IMG/VR virus record: IMGVR_UViG_3300047539_000043
Location: 6,301 to 70,300 of that record
Direction: 5' to 3' (one strand)
From: a virus
Lineage: Duplodnaviria; Caudoviricetes
Length of the DNA stretch: 64,000 nt
The stretch's first letter is position 1. Every line of letters begins with the position of its first letter. Below the pieces are notes generated by a model that was not told where the DNA came from, searched no databases, and saw nothing but the letters and a program-made list of their open reading frames with translations. Positions 1 through 7,827 of this stretch are shown here, piece by piece. A program made the translations under genes and the position numbers.

Positions 1-2
1 CA

Positions 3-1154
3 TCCAATTTCGATATAGATATCCCAGCGTTCGCAAAAACGGACCAGTTCATGTCTGATTTGCTTGAGCATGAGGATACACAGGTGCAGGCGTTAGCGGC
101 CGCGCGATTGGGGGTCAAGTCGACCATCGAAGAAACGCGGTCGCAGCGCTTGCTCGCCATTGCCGCCCTGCCTTGGATGGACTATTTAGGGCAGCATAAT
201 CTCATGCCCGTGCCGCTCCGTTATTGCGGGGCCCACACACATAGGTTGTCGGGCGACTGGCGCCTGAATATGCAAAACCTGCCGGCCGGCCGCGATGGCA
301 AGCCCACCAAGCTACGGCATTCATTGAGGGCGCCGCACGGCTACAAGGTTGTGGTTGGGGATTTAGGACAGATGCACGCTAGGATAACGTCATGGCTGTC
401 CGGGTCGCCACTGCTTGAGCAGTTCCGCAACAAACAGGACCCATACAATGCGCAAGCCAGTAACATCTTTGACCGGCCGATCAACCGCAAATTGCCGTCT
501 GACGCGATTGAGGGGCAGATTGGTAAGGCTGCGGTTCTGGGCCTTGGGTTTGGCGCGGCGGCTCCGAAGTTTTATGGCATGGTCATTCGAGCCGTTCGTG
601 CTGGTGGCGGCGACGTTGAAGCCCTCAAGAAAGTCTGGACCCTCGAACTCGCCGAGAAAGCCGTCAAAGCGTATCGCCGCTCGGAGCGCAAGACGGTAAG
701 CCTGTGGTACACGCTAGAGCAGGTCCTGGCGACGTCCTGGGTGGGCAAGAGCGGCCCCGTTCGCATTGGGCCGGTGGAGATAGGCTACGGCTACGTGCGC
801 GCGCCCAGCGGGCTGGAAATGCGCTATGTGCCATCCGACAATAAGAACGGCCGGGATAAATTCTACACCTACGGCAAGCGACCACACAAGATCTACGGCG
901 CAGCGTTCCTCGAAAACATCGTTCAATTCCTTGAGGTAGAAATCATGCAACATGCCGCGATCCGCCTAGCAAAGCGCGGCATCCGGTTCGCCCTGCAATC
1001 GCATGACGAGCTGGTGTTCGTCGTGCCTGATGAAGCTGTTGACACCGTCAAGGCAATTGTGGTACGAGAATTGACACGGCCCCCCTCATGGGGTATGGAT
1101 CTCCCATTAACAGCAAGCGTCAACCATGGACAGAGTTATGGCCAAGCTAAGTGA
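3..1154 (+). CDS. polA: DNA polymerase family A, C-terminal polymerase domain (5' partial)
   Basis: Frame is open from base 3 (SNFDIDIPAFAKTDQFM...). Motifs HTHRLSG..NMQNLP, motif A GDLGQMHAR, motif B GKAAVLGLGFG, ENIVQ, motif C QSHDELV. Confidence 0.93.
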   Translation, partial: SNFDIDIPAFAKTDQFMSDLLEHEDTQVQALAAARLGVKSTIEETRSQRLLAIAALPWMDYLGQHNLMPVPLRYCGAHTHRLSGDWRLNMQNLPAGRDGKPTKLRHSLRAPHGYKVVVGDLGQMHARITSWLSGSPLLEQFRNKQDPYNAQASNIFDRPINRKLPSDAIEGQIGKAAVLGLGFGAAAPKFYGMVIRAVRAGGGDVEALKKVWTLELAEKAVKAYRRSERKTVSLWYTLEQVLATSWVGKSGPVRIGPVEIGYGYVRAPSGLEMRYVPSDNKNGRDKFYTYGKRPHKIYGAAFLENIVQFLEVEIMQHAAIRLAKRGIRFALQSHDELVFVVPDEAVDTVKAIVVRELTRPPSWGMDLPLTASVNHGQSYGQAK

Positions 1155-1326
1155 GCAACATCCGATTGAAGCGGAACTAGCGAAGAGGCTACTCGAGCCG
1201 TATCGCGCCCTAGATCGCCAGATCCATTTATGGGAAGAGCGTGCTGACGAGCTCGAAATGAAAATCTGTGAGGCGCTTATGGAGGCTTATTATAAGGGCG
1301 CTGCTGATTTTGTGGAGGCTCCATGA
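1138..1326 (+). CDS. small hypothetical protein
   Basis: ORF overlapping the polA stop. Start uncertain (1126 or 1138). Confidence 0.55.
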   Translation: MAKLSEQHPIEAELAKRLLEPYRALDRQIHLWEERADELEMKICEALMEAYYKGAADFVEAP

Positions 1327-1403
1327 ACGCGCCGACGTTCTCGAAATGAAGATTTGCGAGGCGCTGGTGGATTGGGGCATTGAAACGCTGAAAGACTTCG
1401 GCA

Positions 1404-2171
1404 ATGCGAAATAACACCAGATTATATGGCGTTTGGGCGACAATGCTATCTCGCTGCCGCAATCCTAAAGTTGCGGCGTATAAAAATTATGGGGAACGGG
1501 GTATTCGCGTTTGTTTTGAGTGGGAAGACTATAAAACATTTGAGTCGTGGGCCTTGGCTAACGGATATAAGCGCGGCCGATATATAGAAATTGACCGTAT
1601 TAATGTGAATGGACATTATGAACCCTCTAATTGCCGATGGGTAAAACGGCTAAACAACAGAAACAAACGAAACAATTTATTGGTTGCGGCGTTTGGTGAG
1701 ACAAAAAGTCTTGTTGAGTGGAGTGAAGACGCGCGCTGTGTAGTAGCTTATCACACATTGAAAAAGCGCATCCATAATAATATGGACGCCGAAAAAGCTA
1801 TCCTTAATCCAGCACTAGAGCCAGGGAAATATCCTCGGTTTCATATGCCGCGTTGGTATTTGGCGGGCCCGATGCGCGGGTGTCTTGATAATAATTTCGC
1901 AAATTTTTCAAAGGCCGCAGCGAAACTGCGATCAGAAGGAAAAGAAGTTTTTTCGCCAGCAGAACGAGATTTAGCTGAATATGGCCCCACGCTAGATGGT
2001 TTTTCTATTCGGGGCGCCCTGCGCGCGGATACAAATTGGATATGTACTCGTGCAGATGCAGTTGCTCTTTTACCCGGATGGGAACGGTCATTAGGATCGC
2101 TCGCGGAACGTGCTCTCGCTAAAGCTATTGGCCTTCAAATAGTAGAACTAGGAGCAGACTATTGTGTCTGA
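1404..2171 (+). CDS. HNH homing-endonuclease domain fused to a DUF4406 (nucleoside deoxyribosyltransferase-like) domain
   Basis: N-half: RLYGVWATMLSRC...YGERGIRVC.EW...IDRINVNGHYEPSNCRW. C-half: WYLAGPMRG...NFANF..AA..LR...SPAE...DAVALLPGWERSLGS.AE..LA..IGL. Confidence 0.85.
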   Translation: MRNNTRLYGVWATMLSRCRNPKVAAYKNYGERGIRVCFEWEDYKTFESWALANGYKRGRYIEIDRINVNGHYEPSNCRWVKRLNNRNKRNNLLVAAFGETKSLVEWSEDARCVVAYHTLKKRIHNNMDAEKAILNPALEPGKYPRFHMPRWYLAGPMRGCLDNNFANFSKAAAKLRSEGKEVFSPAERDLAEYGPTLDGFSIRGALRADTNWICTRADAVALLPGWERSLGSLAERALAKAIGLQIVELGADYCV

Positions 2172-2206
2172 ACGGCTTCGGCAAACCACAGAGAAGGATA
2201 CGACCT

Positions 2207-2626
2207 ATGAACGAGCATGGATTTGGTCCGATAGCGGCGGCATGGCGGGGCGCTCAAGGAGCTACAGGCGACTGGCCACCACCGTCCCCGCCTCCGGCGC
2301 ATAACAAGCTCCCGCTCAACCCGGCCGGCCGCAAGGAATATCCGATCGCGTCAGGGCTGTTCGACTACTTCCCCGACGCGCTAACCGCCATAGCGCACGT
2401 TTCGTTCAATGGTAATCAACAGCATAACCCCGGTGAGCCACTTCACTGGGCCCGCGGCAAGAGCGACGATCATGCCGACACGATGCAGCGCCACTTTCTT
2501 GAGCGTGGGCAGCGTGACACCGACGGCCAGTGGCACGCCGCCAAGATGGCATGGCGCGCTCTCGCCATTCTTCAGCTGTTGATCGAGAAAGAGGAAGGCG
2601 CGCCGGCGCCACCCGGGGCAAAATGA
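2207..2626 (+). CDS. dATP/dGTP diphosphohydrolase-like protein (DUF5664 type)
   Basis: RKEYPIASGLFDYFPDAL..IAHVS..GNQQH.PGEPLHWARGKS.DH...RH...D.DG..H.AK.AWRALA. GAAGGA SD before ATG 2207. Confidence 0.82.
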   Translation: MNEHGFGPIAAAWRGAQGATGDWPPPSPPPAHNKLPLNPAGRKEYPIASGLFDYFPDALTAIAHVSFNGNQQHNPGEPLHWARGKSDDHADTMQRHFLERGQRDTDGQWHAAKMAWRALAILQLLIEKEEGAPAPPGAK

Positions 2627-3285
2627 GCTTCTCCTGGTCCTTCAGCAAGCTGACAGCATCCGAGACCTGCCCCTATCGGTACCAGCAGGTTGACGTGCTG
2701 CGGAACTACAAGGACGAAGACCGTACCAATCTGGACTGGGGAACCGAGGTCCACTCAGCGTTCGCCAAGTCTCTTATCAGTGACGACCCGTTGCCCACCA
2801 CGATGACGCCTTGGGAACATTGGATTACAGATTTTAAAGCGCTACCCGGCCAAATAATCGTTGAAGCAAAATGGGCTCTTGACCGACAATTCAACAAGTG
2901 CAATTGGTCCGCGCCGGTAGCATGGTATCGCGGTAAAGCCGACGCTACTCGTATTGACGGCCCGGTGGCGGACGGGACCGACTGGAAAACTGGAAAGATT
3001 AAGGAAGACGACACACAACTGCTGCTAATGGCCCAGCTGGTCTTTGCGTACTTCCCTGAGGTCAAGCGCTGCCGGCAACGGTTCGTTTGGCTTCAGCATG
3101 ATTGCGCTACGGAGAGGTTCTACAATCGTAAGGACATGGCCCAGGAGTGGCTCGGGATCCTACAGCGTGTAGACACGCTCGAGAAAATGACCGAGGCCAA
3201 TGTGTTCCCGCCGAAGCCGGGCCGGCTGTGTCGTTCGTGGTGTCCCGTGACCGGGTGTATTAACCACGGGAAAAGTTTCCACTAG
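2623..3285 (+). CDS. PD-(D/E)XK (RecB/Cas4-like) exonuclease
   Basis: WSFSKL...CPYRY, GTEVH, E.K, RGKAD, DWKTGK..D..QL, C-terminal LCRSWCP..C. ATGA overlap with the upstream stop. Confidence 0.88.
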   Translation: MSFSWSFSKLTASETCPYRYQQVDVLRNYKDEDRTNLDWGTEVHSAFAKSLISDDPLPTTMTPWEHWITDFKALPGQIIVEAKWALDRQFNKCNWSAPVAWYRGKADATRIDGPVADGTDWKTGKIKEDDTQLLLMAQLVFAYFPEVKRCRQRFVWLQHDCATERFYNRKDMAQEWLGILQRVDTLEKMTEANVFPPKPGRLCRSWCPVTGCINHGKSFH

Positions 3286-3311
3286 ACGGTAACACGGTCT
3301 CATGCTACACC
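3283..3311 (+). promoter_or_regulatory. putative sigma70-type promoter for the accessory secreted-protein gene
   Basis: TAGACG-N17-TACACC, with GCTACAC resembling the alphaproteobacterial -10. ATG of a 21-aa leader ORF at 3319. Confidence 0.45.
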
Positions 3312-3338
3312 GCCGGGCATGATAACAGATCGAACCGT

Positions 3339-3360
3339 GCTTATCCGGTTGACCCCCACA
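3339..3360 (+). repeat. left 22-bp inverted repeat
   Basis: GCTTATCCGGTTGACCCCCACA is the exact reverse complement of 4339-4360. Confidence 0.95.
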
Positions 3361-3380
3361 CAGCTAACGGAAGTCCCCAA

Positions 3381-4334
3381 ATGAAAAAGCTCCTAGCGGC
3401 TCTCGCAATCTCTGCCGCACTGATCGTTCCGGCGTCGGCTAATAACATTTGTGCTTCCGTAGAATATACATATCAACGATGTACGGCGGCTTGTGGAACC
3501 ATGGAACACCCTACTCCAACCGCAGCCTGCTTAAAGGTAAACCTAGCCCAATGTCGGGCTCCTAGGGACGCCTGTCATGCGTTGCACGGCATCGCGGACT
3601 GCGGATTGTTTTCGCATTTGGCCAAAACGGATGTCCAACTCGGCTGTGGGGTTCCACACACCACCGCGACAGTCGCGCCTGCTCCCGCTCAATCCCGACG
3701 GGAGAAAGCCGCGAAAGTCACTGCGCCCGCCCGAAAGCCGAAGGATACTTGCAACGGCGATCTTACTTCCAACGGTTGCGTGCCGACGCCTGCACCGCCA
3801 CCTCCGCCAGCTATCAATACCACTGTCGGCGACAATCAAGTGCCGCCTAACGCCAATCAAGCGGCACCGGCTAACACGTCGCCGCCAGCGCCCTCAGGCG
3901 GCTACGGTCCCCCGTCCGCCGATTGCAGTACAATCACCGGGCCGGGCATGAGCGGTGGAGGGCCACCGAATTGCGGCCCCACTGGCAATGCGCAGCCAGG
4001 ACAGTCGGGGCCTACGCCGCCGAACAAACAACCCGACTCCGCGCGTCAGCCGACTACGCAACAGTGGACGCCGGGGGCCGCCCCCGCACTCCCCACAGAC
4101 GCACTCCCCACATATGCGGACGGTACTCCTTATGACCCTTCCGATATATCCGCTCCATCCGATCCACACTCCAAGGAACGTTGCTTGGTGGCGTTACAGA
4201 AACTTGCGCCTCACTCAATCGGCCCGGACTGGCTTGAACATGAAATGGCACGCTCACACTGCTATGTGGACGGCACCCCGATGTCGAAAAAGGACCAACT
4301 CAAGTTTGAGCTACAGAAGCAAAGTGGTGAGTAA
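3381..4334 (+). CDS. secreted Cys-rich / Pro-rich protein of unknown function
   Basis: Signal peptide MKKLLAALAISAALIVPASA, Cys-rich N-terminal domain, Pro/Ala/Gly-rich linker. ATGA-coupled to the 3319-3384 mini-ORF. Confidence 0.8.
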   Translation: MKKLLAALAISAALIVPASANNICASVEYTYQRCTAACGTMEHPTPTAACLKVNLAQCRAPRDACHALHGIADCGLFSHLAKTDVQLGCGVPHTTATVAPAPAQSRREKAAKVTAPARKPKDTCNGDLTSNGCVPTPAPPPPPAINTTVGDNQVPPNANQAAPANTSPPAPSGGYGPPSADCSTITGPGMSGGGPPNCGPTGNAQPGQSGPTPPNKQPDSARQPTTQQWTPGAAPALPTDALPTYADGTPYDPSDISAPSDPHSKERCLVALQKLAPHSIGPDWLEHEMARSHCYVDGTPMSKKDQLKFELQKQSGE

Positions 4335-4338
4335 ACGC

Positions 4339-4360
4339 TGTGGGGGTCAACCGGATAAGC
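4339..4360 (-). repeat. right 22-bp inverted repeat
   Basis: TGTGGGGGTCAACCGGATAAGC is the reverse complement of 3339-3360. Confidence 0.95.
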
Positions 4361-4445
4361 GTGGATCGAACCAATCTCATTCTCTTCTCAGCGCTCGGTT
4401 GGATCATTGCCGGGGTGCTAGCTCTCTCACAAGGAATAGGCCACC

Positions 4446-4760
4446 ATGAACATCAGCACAGCCCTGGACCTAAAGAAGTCATTTGGCAATGCCAAGCAAG
4501 GGGACCGCATAGTCTACTTCACCGGAAACCTCATGTTTTCCCGGCAATTCAGCAAGACCGTGGACGAAAGCGACCGAGTGGACAGATTAGCAAACGCAGC
4601 CTGGAAGTTGTCGGGGGCCAAGTGGGATCCCAACGCGCGGCCGGCGGCCAAGAACGGCAACACAGGCCAATGGGTATTCACCGGGGAAAGGCGCGCCCTG
4701 CTCATGCAGCGAAAACTCGCGGAGCCATTCGGCACAGAATACATCATAGAAAAGCTGTAG
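4446..4760 (+). CDS. hypothetical protein
   Basis: AAGGA/AGG SD, 104 aa, fits the compact gene order. Confidence 0.7.
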   Translation: MNISTALDLKKSFGNAKQGDRIVYFTGNLMFSRQFSKTVDESDRVDRLANAAWKLSGAKWDPNARPAAKNGNTGQWVFTGERRALLMQRKLAEPFGTEYIIEKL

Positions 4761-4769
4761 GAGCGCATC

Positions 4770-4880
4770 ATGTTGTACGGCATCATCACCGGCTTATTCA
4801 TCGGCCTCGGGCTTGGGCTCCTGTACGCCATCTTACGCGAGTTGCAGGCCATCCACACCACACTGCCCATCAAAAGGTAA
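4770..4880 (+). CDS. small single-pass membrane protein (36 aa, not in ORF track)
   Basis: AGGAG SD. MLYGIITGLFIGLGLGLLYAILRELQAIHTTLPIKR. Confidence 0.65.
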   Translation: MLYGIITGLFIGLGLGLLYAILRELQAIHTTLPIKR

Positions 4881-4884
4881 AACG

Positions 4885-5154
4885 ATGTCCTCATCAAAAG
4901 TGTTTTGGGACGCACTACGCAAGAACGAAGCACAAGCCGCGGACGCACATGACGAGCGGTCGCTTGCAAACCCATACTACAGCGGATACGCTTGGTGGTG
5001 GTCAGACGCGATGGGCCACGAATATGGCCCATACGAGAACCAACGAGCCGCGCTGCATGCACTGCTCAAACATATGGCCCCACGAAAGGGGTGGTTCACC
5101 AGGTTCATCGAATGGATGGCCCCGCTGATGGATGACGAAGGGAGGTACTTGTGA
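4885..5154 (+). CDS. hypothetical protein
   Basis: MSSSKVFWDALRK... The stop overlaps the GTG of the next gene. Confidence 0.65.
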   Translation: MSSSKVFWDALRKNEAQAADAHDERSLANPYYSGYAWWWSDAMGHEYGPYENQRAALHALLKHMAPRKGWFTRFIEWMAPLMDDEGRYL

Positions 5155-5465
5155 GCACCCCGGAAGGCCGCACCAAAGCACTAATCAACCGCGCCCTCAA
5201 AACGCTGCCCCGGTGCTACAAGTTCATGCCGGTGCAGTCGGGTCTTGGGGCCAAAACACTAGACTACCTGCTCTGCTTCAACGGCCGCTTCGTGGCCATC
5301 GAGGCCAAGGCGCCGGGCAAGACATACACGCCCTTGCAGCAGGTCCACAAGAATGAGATTGTGGCGGCCGGCGGTTTGGTCTATCTGATTAACGACTCGC
5401 TATCGCTCGGCGCCGCCATGTGGTCATTGGAAAGCTTGGCCTACGATGTCCGTAATCGTCTCTAA
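5151..5465 (+). CDS. VRR-NUC domain nuclease (Holliday junction resolvase-like)
   Basis: TPEG..K, G..TLDYLLC..GRFVAIEAKAPGK..TPLQ......I..AGG. Confidence 0.9.
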   Translation: MSTPEGRTKALINRALKTLPRCYKFMPVQSGLGAKTLDYLLCFNGRFVAIEAKAPGKTYTPLQQVHKNEIVAAGGLVYLINDSLSLGAAMWSLESLAYDVRNRL

Positions 5466-6996
5466 GGCCAACCAGTCGCTGATCGTGCCGGCGTTTAGTA
5501 ACGATGGCATGTTCCCTGGCGCGGTGCGGCTGGACCTTGACCACTCGATCGTGCCACACGGCATGCGTGAGACGCTGCTGCTGCGTCACATGGGATACAA
5601 AGTCCCCAACCCAATGGGGCTCTACTATGACTGGCCGCACCCCGAAGACGAACCGCCCTTCAAAGTCCAAACGGTCACGTCGATCCTTCTCTCTGAAAAT
5701 CCCCGCGCATACGTACTTAATGACATGGGAACGGGGAAAACCCGTACAGTATACTGGACATGGGACTTTCTCTATCAACAGAGACTCGCAGGGAAAATGC
5801 TTGTTGTCTGTAAACTTTCCAATCTCCGGGATCCCTGGACTAATGAGGCATTTAAAATCCTCCCGGGCCGCAAGGTCAACATATTACACGGAAGTCGGAA
5901 AGATCGACTCCGACTCCTGGAAGACCCTGCTGACATATACGTGATAAATTATGACGGTCTGCGGGTGATCTATAAGGAGCTCCTGCTCCGCAAGGATATC
6001 ACTTGTCTGGTGTTGGATGAGCTGGCTATGTGCCGCAACAATTCAGATCGCACCAAGCTAGTAAAGAAGCTTGCAAAGGGGTTCGCCACTGTATGGGGGC
6101 TCTCGGGGAGTCCTATACCGAATGCGCCTACGGACGTTTACCACCAAGTAAAGATCGTCACGCCGTCTAGGGCACCTGACACGTTTAGAATGGCGCAAGA
6201 GCAACTAATGACCCGCGTCAGCCAATATGTATGGCGCCCCAAATTGAACGCGATAGAGGCAGCATATTCTTGGATGCAGCCGGCTGTTCGTTTTCCTCTT
6301 GACGCCGTGACTGAATTGCCCGATGCCATCACGCGCACGATAGAGATAGAACTTAGTAAGCAGCAAGAGACAGTCTATGCCGCGGTCAAAAAAGATCTTG
6401 TCGCTATGATACGTGAAAAACGCATTACCGCTTTAAACGCGGGCGCGGCCATGAATAAGCTCTTGCAGATTAGTCTTGGGTGGGTGTACAATGCTGCTCC
6501 AGAGTTTGTTAGGTTGGACGCGAGCCCACGTATTGGGGCGCTGATCGATTTAATTGAGAGCTCTGCCCATAAAGTAATTGTCATGGTGCCATATCGGCAC
6601 GCGATAGAAGGCATAAGCGGTATTTTTGACAGGTTGAAAGTTTCGTTCGATTGGTGTATGGTGCATGGTGATACGAAGAACCGCCATGAGCTATTCACTT
6701 TATTCCAAAATACGGATAAGTATCACGTAATGCTGGCACATCCAGAATGCATTTCGCATGGGCTGACGCTTACTGCGGCCGACACTGTAATTTGGACCGT
6801 TCCTACCACATCTTATGAGGTCTTTGAACAAGCTAACGCGCGGATTAGGCGGGTCGGACAGCGTCACAAACAGCAGTTCTTGCTGCTGCAAGCGACCCCA
6901 GTAGAACGACATATTTATCGTATGCTTGAACGAAAGGAACTGGTACAAGATAAATTGTTGGCACTGTTTGAAGAAGCATCCGAGGAATTGATATGA
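5446..6996 (+). CDS. SNF2-family helicase
   Basis: LNDMGTGKT, LVLDE, GLSGSPIPN, HGLTLTAA, EQANARIRRVGQ. Confidence 0.92.
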   Translation: MSVIVSKANQSLIVPAFSNDGMFPGAVRLDLDHSIVPHGMRETLLLRHMGYKVPNPMGLYYDWPHPEDEPPFKVQTVTSILLSENPRAYVLNDMGTGKTRTVYWTWDFLYQQRLAGKMLVVCKLSNLRDPWTNEAFKILPGRKVNILHGSRKDRLRLLEDPADIYVINYDGLRVIYKELLLRKDITCLVLDELAMCRNNSDRTKLVKKLAKGFATVWGLSGSPIPNAPTDVYHQVKIVTPSRAPDTFRMAQEQLMTRVSQYVWRPKLNAIEAAYSWMQPAVRFPLDAVTELPDAITRTIEIELSKQQETVYAAVKKDLVAMIREKRITALNAGAAMNKLLQISLGWVYNAAPEFVRLDASPRIGALIDLIESSAHKVIVMVPYRHAIEGISGIFDRLKVSFDWCMVHGDTKNRHELFTLFQNTDKYHVMLAHPECISHGLTLTAADTVIWTVPTTSYEVFEQANARIRRVGQRHKQQFLLLQATPVERHIYRMLERKELVQDKLLALFEEASEELI

Positions 6997-7418
6997 CCAT
7001 AACACATCGGCAGAGCGGCACCAAGCTCTATAAAACTTGGAAGAGTATGCGGGAACGATGTCTTAATCCGCACAATAAAGATTGGGAGCATTATGGCGGC
7101 CGGGGCATTGGCATTGATGATCCTCGTTGGAACGACTTCGCAGCGTTTGCGGACGATATGGGCCCACACCCTGGCAAAGGCTGGACGCTGGATCGCATAG
7201 ATAACAATAAGGGATATTCAAAGGATAATTGTCGGTGGGCGACTCAGACGACACAAATTCGCAACCGTAACCATACCAAACTTTCTCCCTTGCTCGCTGC
7301 GGAAATTCGTGCTAAATACATATACAGGACAAACGGTGGCACTGCTAAACTAGGTAAGGATTATGGTGTAGCCGCTAGCACCATCCATAGGATTGTTATA
7401 GGAAAGCTGTGGCAATGA
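6993..7418 (+). CDS. free-standing HNH homing endonuclease with C-terminal HTH
   Basis: KLYKTWKSMRERC.NP...YGGRGI...TLDRIDNNKGYSKDNCRWAT. C-terminal LGKDYGVAASTIHRI. ATGA overlaps at both ends. Confidence 0.88.
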   Translation: MTITHRQSGTKLYKTWKSMRERCLNPHNKDWEHYGGRGIGIDDPRWNDFAAFADDMGPHPGKGWTLDRIDNNKGYSKDNCRWATQTTQIRNRNHTKLSPLLAAEIRAKYIYRTNGGTAKLGKDYGVAASTIHRIVIGKLWQ

Positions 7419-7822
7419 GCAACCCGGAAAAATGGGTAGATCAGTACGTAGCTGTTCGCGATGCGAAGCGCGCATTTGAGGAACAGCATAAGACTGACCT
7501 CAAAAAATATACCGATATTTTGGATTTGTTGGAGGGGCATCTACAATCCTTTTTTAACGAAAACGGCTTAGAAAACGTAAAGACGGGCGCCGGCACGGCG
7601 TACCTCTCAACTATCTATCGGGCCTCCATCGCCGATAAACAAGCATTTACCAGCTTCGTGATCGAAAAGTCTCGGTGGGATTTGGTCGACTGGAAGGCCA
7701 ACGCACCTGCGACGAAAGGCTTTGTTAAGAAAGAGAAAACGCTCCCTCCTGGCGTTAATTTGACAGGTGTAACAAGAGTACGTATAACGCGGCCAGGACA
7801 ATCGGCCGATACAGAGGAATAA
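7415..7822 (+). CDS. conserved phage replication-module protein (function unknown)
   Basis: Coiled N-terminus, VKTGAGTAY, WDL, LPPGVN. Sits between helicase and SSB-like gene. Confidence 0.75.
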   Translation: MSNPEKWVDQYVAVRDAKRAFEEQHKTDLKKYTDILDLLEGHLQSFFNENGLENVKTGAGTAYLSTIYRASIADKQAFTSFVIEKSRWDLVDWKANAPATKGFVKKEKTLPPGVNLTGVTRVRITRPGQSADTEE

Positions 7823-7827
7823 CCCCC

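Noticed and set aside
4340-5128. 262-aa His/Arg-rich ORF
   Set aside because: Overlaps three shorter genes with good SD sequences in other frames; composition is typical of a shadow frame.
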